Counted from the stretch's first letter, positions 22,059-32,212 are shown. The stretch: DNA of 64,000 bases from Minisyncoccota bacterium (GCA_017991395.1 JAGOQQ010000001.1:97864-161863), one strand, 5' to 3'. The notes: a model not told the origin generated them from the letters alone. A program made the numbers and translations.

Positions 22059-22204
22059 ATTAGGAGTTAGCGGTAAGTGATTAGGGGTTAGTGAAATCAA
22101 ATTGCTATTACTATAATTATACGATAAAAATTTTTTTTTGCTCGTTGAAATCTTTGAAAAATTAAAAATCTCTCCTAGGAGAGATTTTTAATTTTGATTT
22201 TTTA

Positions 22205-22345
22205 CTATTGCTTACCCCTCCGCCCTGCGGGCACCTCCCCTCATAGGGGAGGTAAAATTCCGTGTTCCTGTGTTTTACGTTCTACGCTTAACGTTCTGCG
22301 TTCTGTCCGCGTCAAGTCCGCGCTTTTCTGCGTTTAGTCTGCGTT
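22205..22345. repeat. copy of composite dispersed repeat between pilC and pilB
   Basis: cttacccctccgccctgcgggcacctcccctcataggggagg plus acgttctacgcttaacgttctgcg and tccgcgtcaagtccgcg modules. Confidence 0.7.
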
Positions 22346-22349
22346 TTGT

Positions 22350-24101
22350 TTATTCAGAGACCACACGAAGCACCTCTTCTGTCGTAGTATTTCCAAGCAC
22401 TGCCTGATAGATACCGTCTTCAATCATTGTCATCATTCCCTCTTTCTTTGCCTGCGCTTCAATATCGTCCGCTGATGAACCTTTCAAAATCATTTCTTTG
22501 ATTGAGGCACTCATTTTCAATGCTTCGTGAATACCCACTCGTCCTTTGTATCCATCTTCGCTTTCTTCACTTTTCTTTGGCCGATAAAAAGGAATCGTTG
22601 TCCAATCATCTTTCTCTCCAATCGCTTTTTCGAGTTTCAAGAGTTCGAGCATTCGATCAAGATCAATAATTCCCGCAAGTGCTTTCAATTCTCCTTCAGA
22701 CAAAATATATTTCTCTTTTGAATTTGTAAGTCTTCGCACGAGACGCTGTGCCACAACCACTTTGACTGTAGATACAATCAAAAATGGCTCCACTCCCATA
22801 TCAATCATACGTGGTATTGCACCTGACGCTGAGTTGGTGTGAATTGTTGAAAGCACAAGGTGACCAGTGAGAGCGGCGTTGACGGCAAGTGATGCAGTTT
22901 CCCCGTCTCGAATTTCCCCTACCATCACAATGTCTGGGTCTTGTCGAAGAAGTGCACGGAGTCCATTTGCAAATGTCATCCCGATTTCAGACTTCACTTG
23001 AGTTTGGTTGATTCTCGGCATTTGATATTCTATTGGATCTTCAACTGTTGAAATATTCACATCGGGAGTATTCAAAATATCGAGCATTGTATAAAGCGTA
23101 GTTGATTTTCCAGAACCAGTAGGTCCAGCAGCGAGTACCATTCCGGTTCTTTGCTTCATACCATCATGAATACGATCGAGCGATTCACCATGAAATCCAA
23201 GTGCTTCGAGTGTGAATCCTTTTGAATTTTCTTTCAAAATACGAATAACAGTTTTTTCTCCGTAATATGTCGGAAGTGTTGAGACACGAAATGATACTTT
23301 TTCACCATCATTTTCAATCTTGAATCGTCCGTCTTGTGGAATACGCTTTTCATCTAGCTTGAGATTCGAAAGCACTTTGATACGTGCAATGATTCCTGCA
23401 GTTGCGTCTTTTGGAAGAACCATCGCATCTCGAAGAAGTCCGTCGATACGATATCGCACAATCAGCTCATGTTCACCTGGTTCGATGTGGATATCAGATG
23501 TATTTTGAATTATTGCGTGAGAGATAAGTGTGTCTACAATCTTCACCACAGGCAAATCTTCCGCCATTTCTTTCAAATCTTTTTCTGATACTACTTCTCC
23601 GTCAGTTTCTGCAATAGTCTTCAGTGACGCAGATTCTTTTTTGATGATGTCATCAAATTCTGCTTTGAGTGTTTTTTTGTATTGCTGGAGTGCAATTTTG
23701 ATTGATTCTTGATCAGTAAGACGAGGAAGAATTTTGAGTCCTACTTTCTTCTTTACCGAATCAATGACCGAAATATCATCAATATCAAGCATTGCCACCT
23801 CGAGACCTTCTTTTGTCTTTTGATACGCAATCACGTTGTGTGTGCGAGCAATTGGCTCTGGAATAAGTGAGAGTACCGAGAAATCTATCTTCTCTCCTTT
23901 GAGACTCACGAATGGAATTCCAAGTACGTACGCCTCAGTTCGTCGCAAATCCTCTTCCTTTATTTTTCCAAGAGAAAGAAGTGCGTTGCCGATAGTTTCG
24001 TTTTTTTCTTCTGCACGTTTTTCTGCATCCGCAATATCAGAAGTGGACGCGAGTCCTGCTTCTAAAATAAATTTTTTAAGTTGAGTGTCTTGATTGCGCA
24101 T
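22350..24101 (-). CDS. pilB: type IV pilus assembly ATPase PilB (GspE family)
   Basis: Walker A AAGPTGSGKST, Asp box, Walker B VGEIRD, His box, N-terminal GspE_N domain; 583 aa. Confidence 0.92.
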   Translation of the reverse strand: MRNQDTQLKKFILEAGLASTSDIADAEKRAEEKNETIGNALLSLGKIKEEDLRRTEAYVLGIPFVSLKGEKIDFSVLSLIPEPIARTHNVIAYQKTKEGLEVAMLDIDDISVIDSVKKKVGLKILPRLTDQESIKIALQQYKKTLKAEFDDIIKKESASLKTIAETDGEVVSEKDLKEMAEDLPVVKIVDTLISHAIIQNTSDIHIEPGEHELIVRYRIDGLLRDAMVLPKDATAGIIARIKVLSNLKLDEKRIPQDGRFKIENDGEKVSFRVSTLPTYYGEKTVIRILKENSKGFTLEALGFHGESLDRIHDGMKQRTGMVLAAGPTGSGKSTTLYTMLDILNTPDVNISTVEDPIEYQMPRINQTQVKSEIGMTFANGLRALLRQDPDIVMVGEIRDGETASLAVNAALTGHLVLSTIHTNSASGAIPRMIDMGVEPFLIVSTVKVVVAQRLVRRLTNSKEKYILSEGELKALAGIIDLDRMLELLKLEKAIGEKDDWTTIPFYRPKKSEESEDGYKGRVGIHEALKMSASIKEMILKGSSADDIEAQAKKEGMMTMIEDGIYQAVLGNTTTEEVLRVVSE

Positions 24102-24175
24102 GTGGATATAAATAGTAGTTAGTATAAGTAGATAGTATGAGTATTTGAATACTTATTCTTTCTACCTGTACTATC

Positions 24176-24205
24176 TACTTACTACTTACTACTTACTACT
24201 TACTA
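24176..24205. repeat. heptanucleotide microsatellite (TACTTAC)x4 in pilB upstream region
   Basis: tacttactacttactacttactacttacta read directly; preceded by related tactatc. Confidence 0.8.
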
Positions 24206-24264
24206 AATTATTATATCAGTAATACAAAAACTCACAGCATTTCTGCTGTGAGTTTTGAAAATAA

Positions 24265-25467
24265 TTAGTTCCAAGAAATTTCAACTCTTCCACCGTATCC
24301 ACCTGCACCTGAGTTTGCACGTGAAGTAGCCGGGTCAGATGTTCCAGAAGTTCCACAATTATCTGTTGATCCTCCGTCACCACCTCTTCCTGCATTACCT
24401 GTAGCTGGAGTTGATGGTGTTCCACCCAAACCTCCGATTGATGCAAGTCCTGTAGCATGAGCTGTTTTGATCAATGAATTTTTAACATCATCTAAGAATG
24501 TAGTTGATCCTCCAGTCGGACACACCTCGCTTCTTCCACCTTCCCCTGATACACCTGCATATGGTACTGATCCTGCTCCGCCTTTACCAACAGAAATAGT
24601 GTATGTGGCACCAGAAGCAAGACTCAATGAGTATGACCTGTATTCACCAGAAGCACCTCCACCTCCTGCTCCTCCGGCTTTAAATGTAGAACTAGGTAGA
24701 GGACCAGATCCTGGGTCACCTGCTTGACCGTTTCCAGTAGCCACACCTCCACTTCCAGTTATATTACACACAGTTGGTACTGAACAGACAGCTCTACCAC
24801 CATCACCTCCTGCTCCACCGCCCGCTGATGCTATGGTTGTTGAGTTCAAAACCATACTTGAAGATGTTCCAGATCCTCCATCAATTCTAAGAGTTGTGTT
24901 TGAATTTGTATGAGGTGCACCTGCCCCTCCTCCACCGCCACCTCCCCATATTTTTACAGTGAAAGTACTTCCTCCAATTGATGGGTCAACATAAAATGTT
25001 GTTGCGGTACACATTACACAAGCACCAGATGTTGTTTGGATTCCACTTCCGTTGATTGTATATGTTTGAGTATTTCCAGTTGGGCCTCCACCACCTCCAG
25101 CACACAAGACAAGGTAGCCTGCGCTATTTGCACAAACTGGTGCCGGGAATGTTGCGCTTGGGTTTTCGACATCATTCAAAGATTCGATTTTTGCATTTCC
25201 CAACACTTCAAGCTGATTTGTGAGTGTTCGATTTGCTACTGCAATATCATTTGCAGTAAATAATCCATTAATATCGAGCAAACTTCCCATAATTGGATTG
25301 CCTCCTTTTGCTTGTCCTGATGTTGTGACATTAAGTGGAGCTGCTTTGTTGCCAGACGGTGGATTGCTACCTGGTCCTTGCCACTGCGCTGATATCATAC
25401 TCACACCAAGACCCACCACGAGTCCAAGTATGATTATTTTTGCTGAATGTAGATAATAATTTTTCAT
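24265..25467 (-). CDS. secreted glycine-rich protein (400 aa) immediately upstream of pilB
   Basis: Signal peptide MKNYYLHSAKIIILGLVVGLGVSMISAQW; poly-Gly tracts GGGGGGAGAP, GGAGGGGASG, GGLGGTPSTPATGNAGRGGDGG. Confidence 0.6.
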   Translation of the reverse strand: MKNYYLHSAKIIILGLVVGLGVSMISAQWQGPGSNPPSGNKAAPLNVTTSGQAKGGNPIMGSLLDINGLFTANDIAVANRTLTNQLEVLGNAKIESLNDVENPSATFPAPVCANSAGYLVLCAGGGGGPTGNTQTYTINGSGIQTTSGACVMCTATTFYVDPSIGGSTFTVKIWGGGGGGGAGAPHTNSNTTLRIDGGSGTSSSMVLNSTTIASAGGGAGGDGGRAVCSVPTVCNITGSGGVATGNGQAGDPGSGPLPSSTFKAGGAGGGGASGEYRSYSLSLASGATYTISVGKGGAGSVPYAGVSGEGGRSEVCPTGGSTTFLDDVKNSLIKTAHATGLASIGGLGGTPSTPATGNAGRGGDGGSTDNCGTSGTSDPATSRANSGAGGYGGRVEISWN

Positions 25468-25510
25468 AATTTAATTGTAATACTAATAATAATTCTTGTA
25501 CTGTTGATAA

Positions 25511-27961
25511 TTAAAATTCTTCGAATCGTGGCTTTTTTGGACCGGCTGAACTTGTCTGCACGCTACAGTCTGGGAAAATAGTTGCGGACACTGTTCCTGT
25601 AAGAGGGAGGCCGCCAACGTCGAGACATTGCATTGTGACTGTGAATCCCTGCGGTGGAATAAGCGAGTAATCATAAACAAACGATCCCTCATCAACACCA
25701 ATATACCCAAACACATTTCCTAGTGGTGGCAATCCATCACCATGCGTTCCACTACTCCATGGAATCAATGTATTCGTAGTTGAGTTAGTTGAGTAGCAAG
25801 TATTAGTAGATGGTACAGATTCCCACCAGACTTCAAATTCAGTAGCACTTATATCATCTGGTAAACATCGAGCATTGATCGTCTGACCAAGTGTCGGGCC
25901 AGGAAGTGTGGTGAGGGTAATTGTAGTAGATGCTTCATGAGTCACACCAAGGTCGTCTACGCAACTAATCCAATACGTCACTGCTGTTGGAGCAGCATTT
26001 GGCACTCCGACATCGGTTTGTGTTGAGGTTGACCAAAATGTAGTTTCTGGTGATGGGAGATTTATAACACTTGTCCAATTTGCGGCATTTTTTGAAGATC
26101 CACCGATTACCATACCTGTGTTTGTTGGTGGAGAAACTTTTCCTGCTGTACACGCTTTTGTATTCAATGTGTATGCGTTTTGATTGTCTGACCAAGAAAG
26201 ATCAACAGTCTGCCCAGGAGTACTTGCATTGTATGTTGACTGACTTGCCACAAGAGTGAGACCTGCGCCAGATGCACCGAGAATTTCAATATCAGCTGTG
26301 TCTGTCGCAACTGCACCCCATGGAGTCACACAACTTACTTTGTATTGTATGTCTGAACCTGCAGGCAATACTGTCGCGAGTCCTAGAATACTTGATGGTG
26401 TCGTACCATTTAGTGGTGTATATGAAGGATTGATTGGACCGTTCCAATTTGGGACAGTGACACTTTGAGCATTTGCAAGATTTATTGCACTACCTACACA
26501 TGTTGATAGTGTATATCCCATGTTTTGAGGTTTGTATTCAAGGTCAACTGTGTCACCTTGGTTTACTTGAGTGACAGGTACACCATTTTTGTATGCAGTG
26601 AGATCCATTGGGAAAAGTTCAAAGGCAACTGTGTTGACTGAAGAGTGAATTGCGTCTCCGTTTAGTGGATTTATACATTCTATATAGTAACGTGCGTCTG
26701 ATAACTCTCGGTTTATCACCTGACTTCCACTCACTTGTCCACCTCCTGCTGATTGAAGAACTGTGTTTACAGGATTCCAGTCTGCTGTCTGAGGAGTTCC
26801 GGGTGTCGCACCTATAAGTACTGAGAGGTGCTTTGCTGGATCTGATTGTTGGATTCCAGGACCTGTACCAAATGGACCAAATTCACCATTTGGAAATGAG
26901 TATGTAATATTATAATTACTACTATCGAGTGAGTATGCCCGACAACTATTTGGTTGTACTCCTACAGAATAATATGTAAGTGTTGCTTGAGTTGCCGTAT
27001 TGACTGCATTAGGATCAAGATTTATCCACACACCTACACCAACCACATTTACAGTACCGGCTTTTATCATTGTGTTTCCACTTGTCATCTGACACACAAT
27101 TGCAATATAGTGTGTTCCAATTGGGAGCATTACACCAGTACCAGAAGAACCAGCTTGAAGCATTGATGCCTGAACTGGGAAGTTTGATGCACCTTGAATT
27201 GCACATGAATTTGCACCTGCAGTGTTCCACTTATAATAAAGTCCTTGAGTCACTGCGATTTGTATAGTAAATGGACTTGTGACCGGAGTAATAGGAATTG
27301 AAGTGAGATTTGCTGGTGTATATGTTGGAGCAAGTGAGCCTGGTGGAATTGCACCAACATCGAGAAATACATTTTCGCTTGGATTCACAGTTGATGATGA
27401 GAGCCGCACCATTGAAAAGTCTACCCATCCCACAACTTCATCTCCCCATGCAAAACCTGAGAAAAGACCGTTTGAAGCAACAGTCACTCCATATATTGGA
27501 TTTATTGCTGAAGAAAGTGATACAAATCCATCCCAACCATCTGTTCGAGTTGAACCACTGCAAGAATTGTTGACGTTCCAATAGCTTGAACCAGATATTC
27601 CAGAGCAAAATCGTACAAATCCAGACACTTTACCAGTTGTTGCATTGTAGGTGGCATTTGATCCGCCTCCTGGAATTCCAGAAAGTCCACCAAATTTGAC
27701 CCAGCCAACATTGTCACTCCATCCATATCCTGTGAGCGCACCACCTGCACCAACAGTAACTTTGTAGTTTGAGACACCGCAAATATCAGATGCAGTCATG
27801 CTCCCCGTTTTACAATTCATACTAATCCATCCGACATTGTCACTCCAGGCGAATCCTTCGAGTTCGACAGTGGCAGATTGAGCGCTCGCAAATGACACTC
27901 CAACCACAAATGCACCCAACATTACACACGGCGCTATGAATTTTTTTATTTTTTCAAACAT
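25511..27961 (-). CDS. large secreted protein (816 aa) with N-terminal tandem Trp-rich repeats
   Basis: Signal peptide, then three copies of G[FY][AG]WSDNVGW[IV].[FM] (GFAWSDNVGWISM, GYGWSDNVGWVKF, GFAWGDEVVGWVDF); Thr/Ser-rich beta-rich remainder. Confidence 0.65.
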   Translation of the reverse strand: MFEKIKKFIAPCVMLGAFVVGVSFASAQSATVELEGFAWSDNVGWISMNCKTGSMTASDICGVSNYKVTVGAGGALTGYGWSDNVGWVKFGGLSGIPGGGSNATYNATTGKVSGFVRFCSGISGSSYWNVNNSCSGSTRTDGWDGFVSLSSAINPIYGVTVASNGLFSGFAWGDEVVGWVDFSMVRLSSSTVNPSENVFLDVGAIPPGSLAPTYTPANLTSIPITPVTSPFTIQIAVTQGLYYKWNTAGANSCAIQGASNFPVQASMLQAGSSGTGVMLPIGTHYIAIVCQMTSGNTMIKAGTVNVVGVGVWINLDPNAVNTATQATLTYYSVGVQPNSCRAYSLDSSNYNITYSFPNGEFGPFGTGPGIQQSDPAKHLSVLIGATPGTPQTADWNPVNTVLQSAGGGQVSGSQVINRELSDARYYIECINPLNGDAIHSSVNTVAFELFPMDLTAYKNGVPVTQVNQGDTVDLEYKPQNMGYTLSTCVGSAINLANAQSVTVPNWNGPINPSYTPLNGTTPSSILGLATVLPAGSDIQYKVSCVTPWGAVATDTADIEILGASGAGLTLVASQSTYNASTPGQTVDLSWSDNQNAYTLNTKACTAGKVSPPTNTGMVIGGSSKNAANWTSVINLPSPETTFWSTSTQTDVGVPNAAPTAVTYWISCVDDLGVTHEASTTITLTTLPGPTLGQTINARCLPDDISATEFEVWWESVPSTNTCYSTNSTTNTLIPWSSGTHGDGLPPLGNVFGYIGVDEGSFVYDYSLIPPQGFTVTMQCLDVGGLPLTGTVSATIFPDCSVQTSSAGPKKPRFEEF

Positions 27962-27979
27962 ATGTATGATAATGTGCGA

Positions 27980-28300
27980 TTATTTGAGTCTTTTAATGAG
28001 TTCTTCTTTTGTTGTTCGAGCTTCGACTGTTTCTTGTTCGGTTGGCAGACTGCTATTGCCTTCGTTTATTCGATTTATCATTTCTACCTTTGTACTTACT
28101 GATACATCTTGCTGTTCACCAAGTCGTTGAATCATATCCTCTTTGATTCTTCGATTTCTTTGCTCTCCAAATTGTCGTACAATATAGAAAATACCAAACA
28201 TAAGTATTGCGATAATGAGAATTGAAATGTACACTTTTTTCTTGTCGTGAGTAGGTGGCACAGACTGAGATGAAGATTGAGCAAAAGGATTTTGTTCCAT
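27980..28300 (-). CDS. small single-pass membrane protein (106 aa)
   Basis: TM segment VYISILIIAILMFGIFYIV. Confidence 0.4.
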   Translation of the reverse strand: MEQNPFAQSSSQSVPPTHDKKKVYISILIIAILMFGIFYIVRQFGEQRNRRIKEDMIQRLGEQQDVSVSTKVEMINRINEGNSSLPTEQETVEARTTKEELIKRLK

Positions 28301-28381
28301 AGTAAATATAAATTATTGAATACTACTTTATAGTATCATTGACTAAATAGATTTTTGTTTAGAAGTGTGGATAAAAGGAGG

Positions 28382-28860
28382 ATTTAGTATGAGAATATAG
28401 AATGAGAATATAGTATAAGTATTATTTTTACTCTTTCTCTTTCGAGTCACGCATAAAATTCTGGTGAATTTTTGCTATGCTCGACTCGTCAGCCTTGCGC
28501 AATGATTTAAAAGAGAAAAGAGTCCAGCTTTTTTTAAAAAAATACTTCTAGAATACACAAAGAGCGGCGCCGTAGGCGCCGCTCTTTGTGTATATTTTTA
28601 TGTTTGGTTTCCAAAAACCAGAATCCTCCTCACTTTGGAACATTACGGAGCGCGACGGCGCGAGTATAGCAAAAATTCAGCAGAATTTTATGCGTGTTCC
28701 AAATGAGGAGGATTGGAAAGAAAAATACTTACTCTATATTCTCATACTAAATTCTTTTTTTCTTACCCCTCCGCCCTGCGGGCACCTCCCCTCATAGGGG
28801 AGGCAGGAGTTCAGCATTTTACGCTCTACGCTCCACGTTCTGCGTACAACATATACCTAT
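28382..28860. repeat. MITE-like copy of dispersed repeat family: 19-bp terminal inverted repeats (28382-28400 / 28734-28752) enclosing a GC hairpin and conserved core, followed by cccctccgccctgcgggcacc/ggaggcaggagttcagcattttacg module
   Basis: atttagtatgagaatatag versus ctatattctcatactaaat are perfect inverted copies. The core ccaaaaaccagaatcctcctcactttggaacattacggagcgcgacggcgcgagtatag is inverted and near-identical at 50975-51035. Confidence 0.7.
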
Positions 28861-28863
28861 CAT

Positions 28864-30096
28864 TTATTCCTTTCCTTCCTCTGCTACTTCTTCTTTCGAA
28901 ATTTCTTCCGCTACTTCTTTGAGCGTTGAAAGTGATGCATATCCTTCATCATCACCTGTCGACGGTGCTTCATCACCCTTTATTCCCTTGATATCAATTC
29001 TCCAACCTGTAAGCTTTGCTGCAAGACGAACATTCTGTCCACCTTTTCCGATTGCAAGAGAGAGTTGGTCTTCGGCAACCTCAATCATGGCCTTTCTCTC
29101 TTCAACATTGACGTCAATTGAGAGCACTTTTGCAGGTGAAAGAGATTTTGCGACAAACTCCTTTGGTTCTTCTGACCAAGGAATAATATCTACCTTTTCT
29201 CCATTGAGCTCAGTCATAATAGTAGTGACACGAACACCTTTTTGTCCAACACATGATCCCACTGGGTCTACGTGTTCATCATTTGAGTGAACTGCAATTT
29301 TTGAGCGTGATCCTGCTTCTCGGGCAATAGATTTTATTTCCACAACACCACTTGCTACTTCTGGAGCTTCAATCTTGAATAGTTCTGCCAAAAATTTTGG
29401 ATGTGAGCGAGAAAGCTTGAGATTTACACCTCGAGGAGTTTCTTCTACAAGATACAAATACGCCTTGATTCTATCTCCACGATTATATCTCTCTCCAGGG
29501 ATTTGTTCATCATGTGGCAAAATTCCTGTTGCGCGATTGAAATCTACGAAAATTGTTCCACGTTCAATCTTTTGAATGATTCCGTTGATGATTTCTCCTT
29601 CTTTGTTTCCATATTCATCAATAATTGATCCACGTTCTGCTTCACGAATACGTTGAATAATTACTTGCTTTGCTGTTTGAGCAGCGATTCGTCCATAATT
29701 TTCTTGTGCTTCGAGTGGGAAAATAATTTCATCTCCGAGTTTTGAATCACCCTTGATGAGCTTCGCGTCTTCAAGAAGAATATGATGCTCAGGATTAAAT
29801 CGTACACGTTCATCTCCTTCCACAATATCTTCTGTGTCTCCGAGATCTACTTCCTCTTCTTCAAGGTTAATCATTCGAGCGGTAGACTCATCCACCACAA
29901 TCTTCACTTGAAGAAATGATGTTTCGCCTGTTTCAATATCAAAATGTGCTCGGACAATTTGTCCTTTTTTTCCATAATCTTTTTTATATGCGGCTGCGAG
30001 TGCTTGTTCAATAGCATCAATAATCTTTTCTTTCGGTATTTTGCGTTCTTCTTCAAGCTGGAGAAGTGCAGATTTCATAACTTTTAGGTCTAACAT
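28864..30096 (-). CDS. nusA: transcription termination/antitermination factor NusA
   Basis: NusA N-terminal domain, S1 domain, two KH domains (GxxG: AIGKGGQNVRLA); 410 aa; true start may be MKSALLQ (30078). Confidence 0.9.
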   Translation of the reverse strand: MLDLKVMKSALLQLEEERKIPKEKIIDAIEQALAAAYKKDYGKKGQIVRAHFDIETGETSFLQVKIVVDESTARMINLEEEEVDLGDTEDIVEGDERVRFNPEHHILLEDAKLIKGDSKLGDEIIFPLEAQENYGRIAAQTAKQVIIQRIREAERGSIIDEYGNKEGEIINGIIQKIERGTIFVDFNRATGILPHDEQIPGERYNRGDRIKAYLYLVEETPRGVNLKLSRSHPKFLAELFKIEAPEVASGVVEIKSIAREAGSRSKIAVHSNDEHVDPVGSCVGQKGVRVTTIMTELNGEKVDIIPWSEEPKEFVAKSLSPAKVLSIDVNVEERKAMIEVAEDQLSLAIGKGGQNVRLAAKLTGWRIDIKGIKGDEAPSTGDDEGYASLSTLKEVAEEISKEEVAEEGKE

Positions 30097-30388
30097 AATC
30101 TAGTGATAAGGAAAAAGTGATAAGGAAATAGCGATTTATTTCAAGTTCTCTCTATTCGCTGTGCCCTAATTACTTTTCACTTATTATTACTATTAAATTG
30201 TCCTTAATTCCCAAAAAATCCTTATAAATAAGCATTTTTGTAATAAAGAACGCCCGTTTCAGGACGGACGTATCTTTACTATAGCATATCTTCCTAAAAA
30301 CAAAAGTGGGGCATAATGAACTTAAATTTTATACAAACACTATTGACAAAAAGACATTATAATTATATTATATGAAAAAATTCATATC

Positions 30389-30721
30389 ATGAAAAATAAA
30401 CCAAACGAGAAAAGAATTCCTCGAAATCTGCGTATCTATGGTGCTACTCAAGCACAGATTGCAGTCGCAAAGAAAATTTCATTCCCTGAGTATGATTTAG
30501 CGATTAGAAAAGACATAAAGTCCATAGAAGATGTTGTCATGAAAGCCAACAGTGTCGCCGATGAGGACAGAAAGGCATTTCATGCTCTGTGGGATTTATT
30601 TTCAATGGTTGATATAATACAAGCCGGCAATAACTCTGAAAAAATTGAAATTGCATTTGTGCGAACCCGAGAAGGTTCTCGAGTGGAGAAATTGATCCTA
30701 AAAATGCTGACCTCCGAGTAA
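30389..30721 (+). CDS. hypothetical protein (110 aa)
   Basis: ORF followed by a terminator hairpin. Confidence 0.4.
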   Translation: MKNKPNEKRIPRNLRIYGATQAQIAVAKKISFPEYDLAIRKDIKSIEDVVMKANSVADEDRKAFHALWDLFSMVDIIQAGNNSEKIEIAFVRTREGSRVEKLILKMLTSE

Positions 30722-30723
30722 TT

Positions 30724-30750
30724 TAAAAACGCGCCTAACGGCGCGTTTTA
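30724..30750. terminator. bidirectional terminator hairpin between convergent genes
   Basis: aaaacgcgcctaacggcgcgtttt. Confidence 0.6.
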
Positions 30751-30754
30751 CTAA

Positions 30755-31306
30755 TTAAAGATATGAACACTGTCCCGGGAAATTTAGAAACGAGCCAATC
30801 GTTGTAGCAGAGTTACCTGAGCAAAAACAACTGAAACTAGCGCCATTTCCAGACGAATTCGAATAATCATTACATGAGTATCCTGATGGTAGTTGTAGAT
30901 TGGTCGAACCTGTTGGTGGATTTGTATTAGAAACACTGGTGTTTACAAATGTTACAGGATCATCAAGATACGCTCGAACAACAGAACTAAGATCTTCGAC
31001 AAATATAATTCCGGTATCTTCGTATCGCGTACATTCACCATTGAGAATTATTCCATTTTCACAGAATTCAACCTTTGTATTGTTGTTCATATTCATATTT
31101 CTTACCAAGTCTTGAACTTTGACTGACTCTTGAGCAATATTTGAATCAAGCGACGAACCCTTTTGTTGTACGCCTGACATTCCAGGAATCATGTTTCCCA
31201 TTACTCCTCCAAAAATAAACATGAGCACTGCAATCATGAGCACTTTTCCCTCGCTGTGAGTACTTGGTGTACTTACTTGTGGATTTGATTGTGAATTGTT
31301 TTCCAT
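30755..31306 (-). CDS. membrane-anchored Cys-rich hypothetical protein (183 aa)
   Basis: TM anchor VLMIAVLMFIFGGVMG; multiple Cys in the C-terminal half. Confidence 0.45.
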   Translation of the reverse strand: MENNSQSNPQVSTPSTHSEGKVLMIAVLMFIFGGVMGNMIPGMSGVQQKGSSLDSNIAQESVKVQDLVRNMNMNNNTKVEFCENGIILNGECTRYEDTGIIFVEDLSSVVRAYLDDPVTFVNTSVSNTNPPTGSTNLQLPSGYSCNDYSNSSGNGASFSCFCSGNSATTIGSFLNFPGQCSYL

Positions 31307-31506
31307 TATTTACAAATTAGCTATTAATACAACTCTAATTATACGTGGGTGCTATCGAGACGCAAGGGGAAACGCATAAAATAGGGCTGAAATTTAGCAA
31401 AGCTAATATTTTTACAGAACTACATTTTTAGTCTATACTAAAAATTCATAAGGGAGTTTGCATTTTACCCTATCCCCTTAGCACTTATCACTAATTACTC
31501 ATACAT

Positions 31507-32037
31507 ATGAATCTTTTACACGACATCGAAGCCGGCAAAAATACCCCAAATGAAATCAATGTAATCATTGAAATCAACAAGGGTTCAAAAAACAAGTACG
31601 AAATAGACAAAGAAACAGGCATTATTGCACTCGACCGTGCAATGCATACAAGCCAAGACTACCCATTTGACTATGGATTTGTCCCACAAACTCTTTGGGA
31701 CGACGGAGACGCCCTTGATGTGGTGCTTTTGACTACATATGCGCTTCTTCCGGGAATTCTCGTTCGTGCACGACCTGTCGCTGTGATGCACATGGTGGAT
31801 GGAGGTGAGGCAGATGAAAAAATCATTGCAGTACCAAAGGATGATCCACGATGGGATGACATTAAAGACTTGAGTGACCTCAATAAGCACACACTCAAGG
31901 AAATTGAACACTTTTTTGCAACATACAAGAAACTTCAAAATAAATCTGTTGAAATAAATGGATTTGAAGGTGCGGATACTGCACGTGAGGCAGTAACTCG
32001 TTCGATTGGACTGTATAAGGAGAAGAATGCGAAGTAG
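31507..32037 (+). CDS. ppa: inorganic pyrophosphatase (family I)
   Basis: DYPFDYGFVPQT and DGDALDVVL motifs; 176 aa. Confidence 0.92.
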   Translation: MNLLHDIEAGKNTPNEINVIIEINKGSKNKYEIDKETGIIALDRAMHTSQDYPFDYGFVPQTLWDDGDALDVVLLTTYALLPGILVRARPVAVMHMVDGGEADEKIIAVPKDDPRWDDIKDLSDLNKHTLKEIEHFFATYKKLQNKSVEINGFEGADTAREAVTRSIGLYKEKNAK

Positions 32038-32107
32038 ACGCGGACGGAATGCGGACAATTGAACATGGAACATGTGACCTAAAACACTAGAACATTAAAC
32101 AAACCCC

Positions 32108-32139
32108 AAAAGAGCGGCGCCTGCAGGCGCCGCTCTTTT
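32108..32139 (+). terminator. terminator after ppa; member of GC-rich hairpin family
   Basis: aaagagcggcgcctgcaggcgccgctcttt. Confidence 0.65.
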
Positions 32140-32212
32140 GCACACCACATGCGCAATTTTCTCCTATATACTTAGAATGTAACGATGTAGACAGTGTGTA
32201 CGTTATACAAGT

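Noticed and set aside
22205-22345. Possible CRISPR array suggested by recurring acgttct[ag]cg and tctacgctccacg units
   Set aside because: Units are short, irregularly spaced, not separated by unique spacers, and no cas genes are nearby; they behave as modules of the dispersed repeat family.
31585-32073. 162-aa minus-strand ORF overlapping ppa
   Set aside because: Antisense to a confidently identified pyrophosphatase gene.
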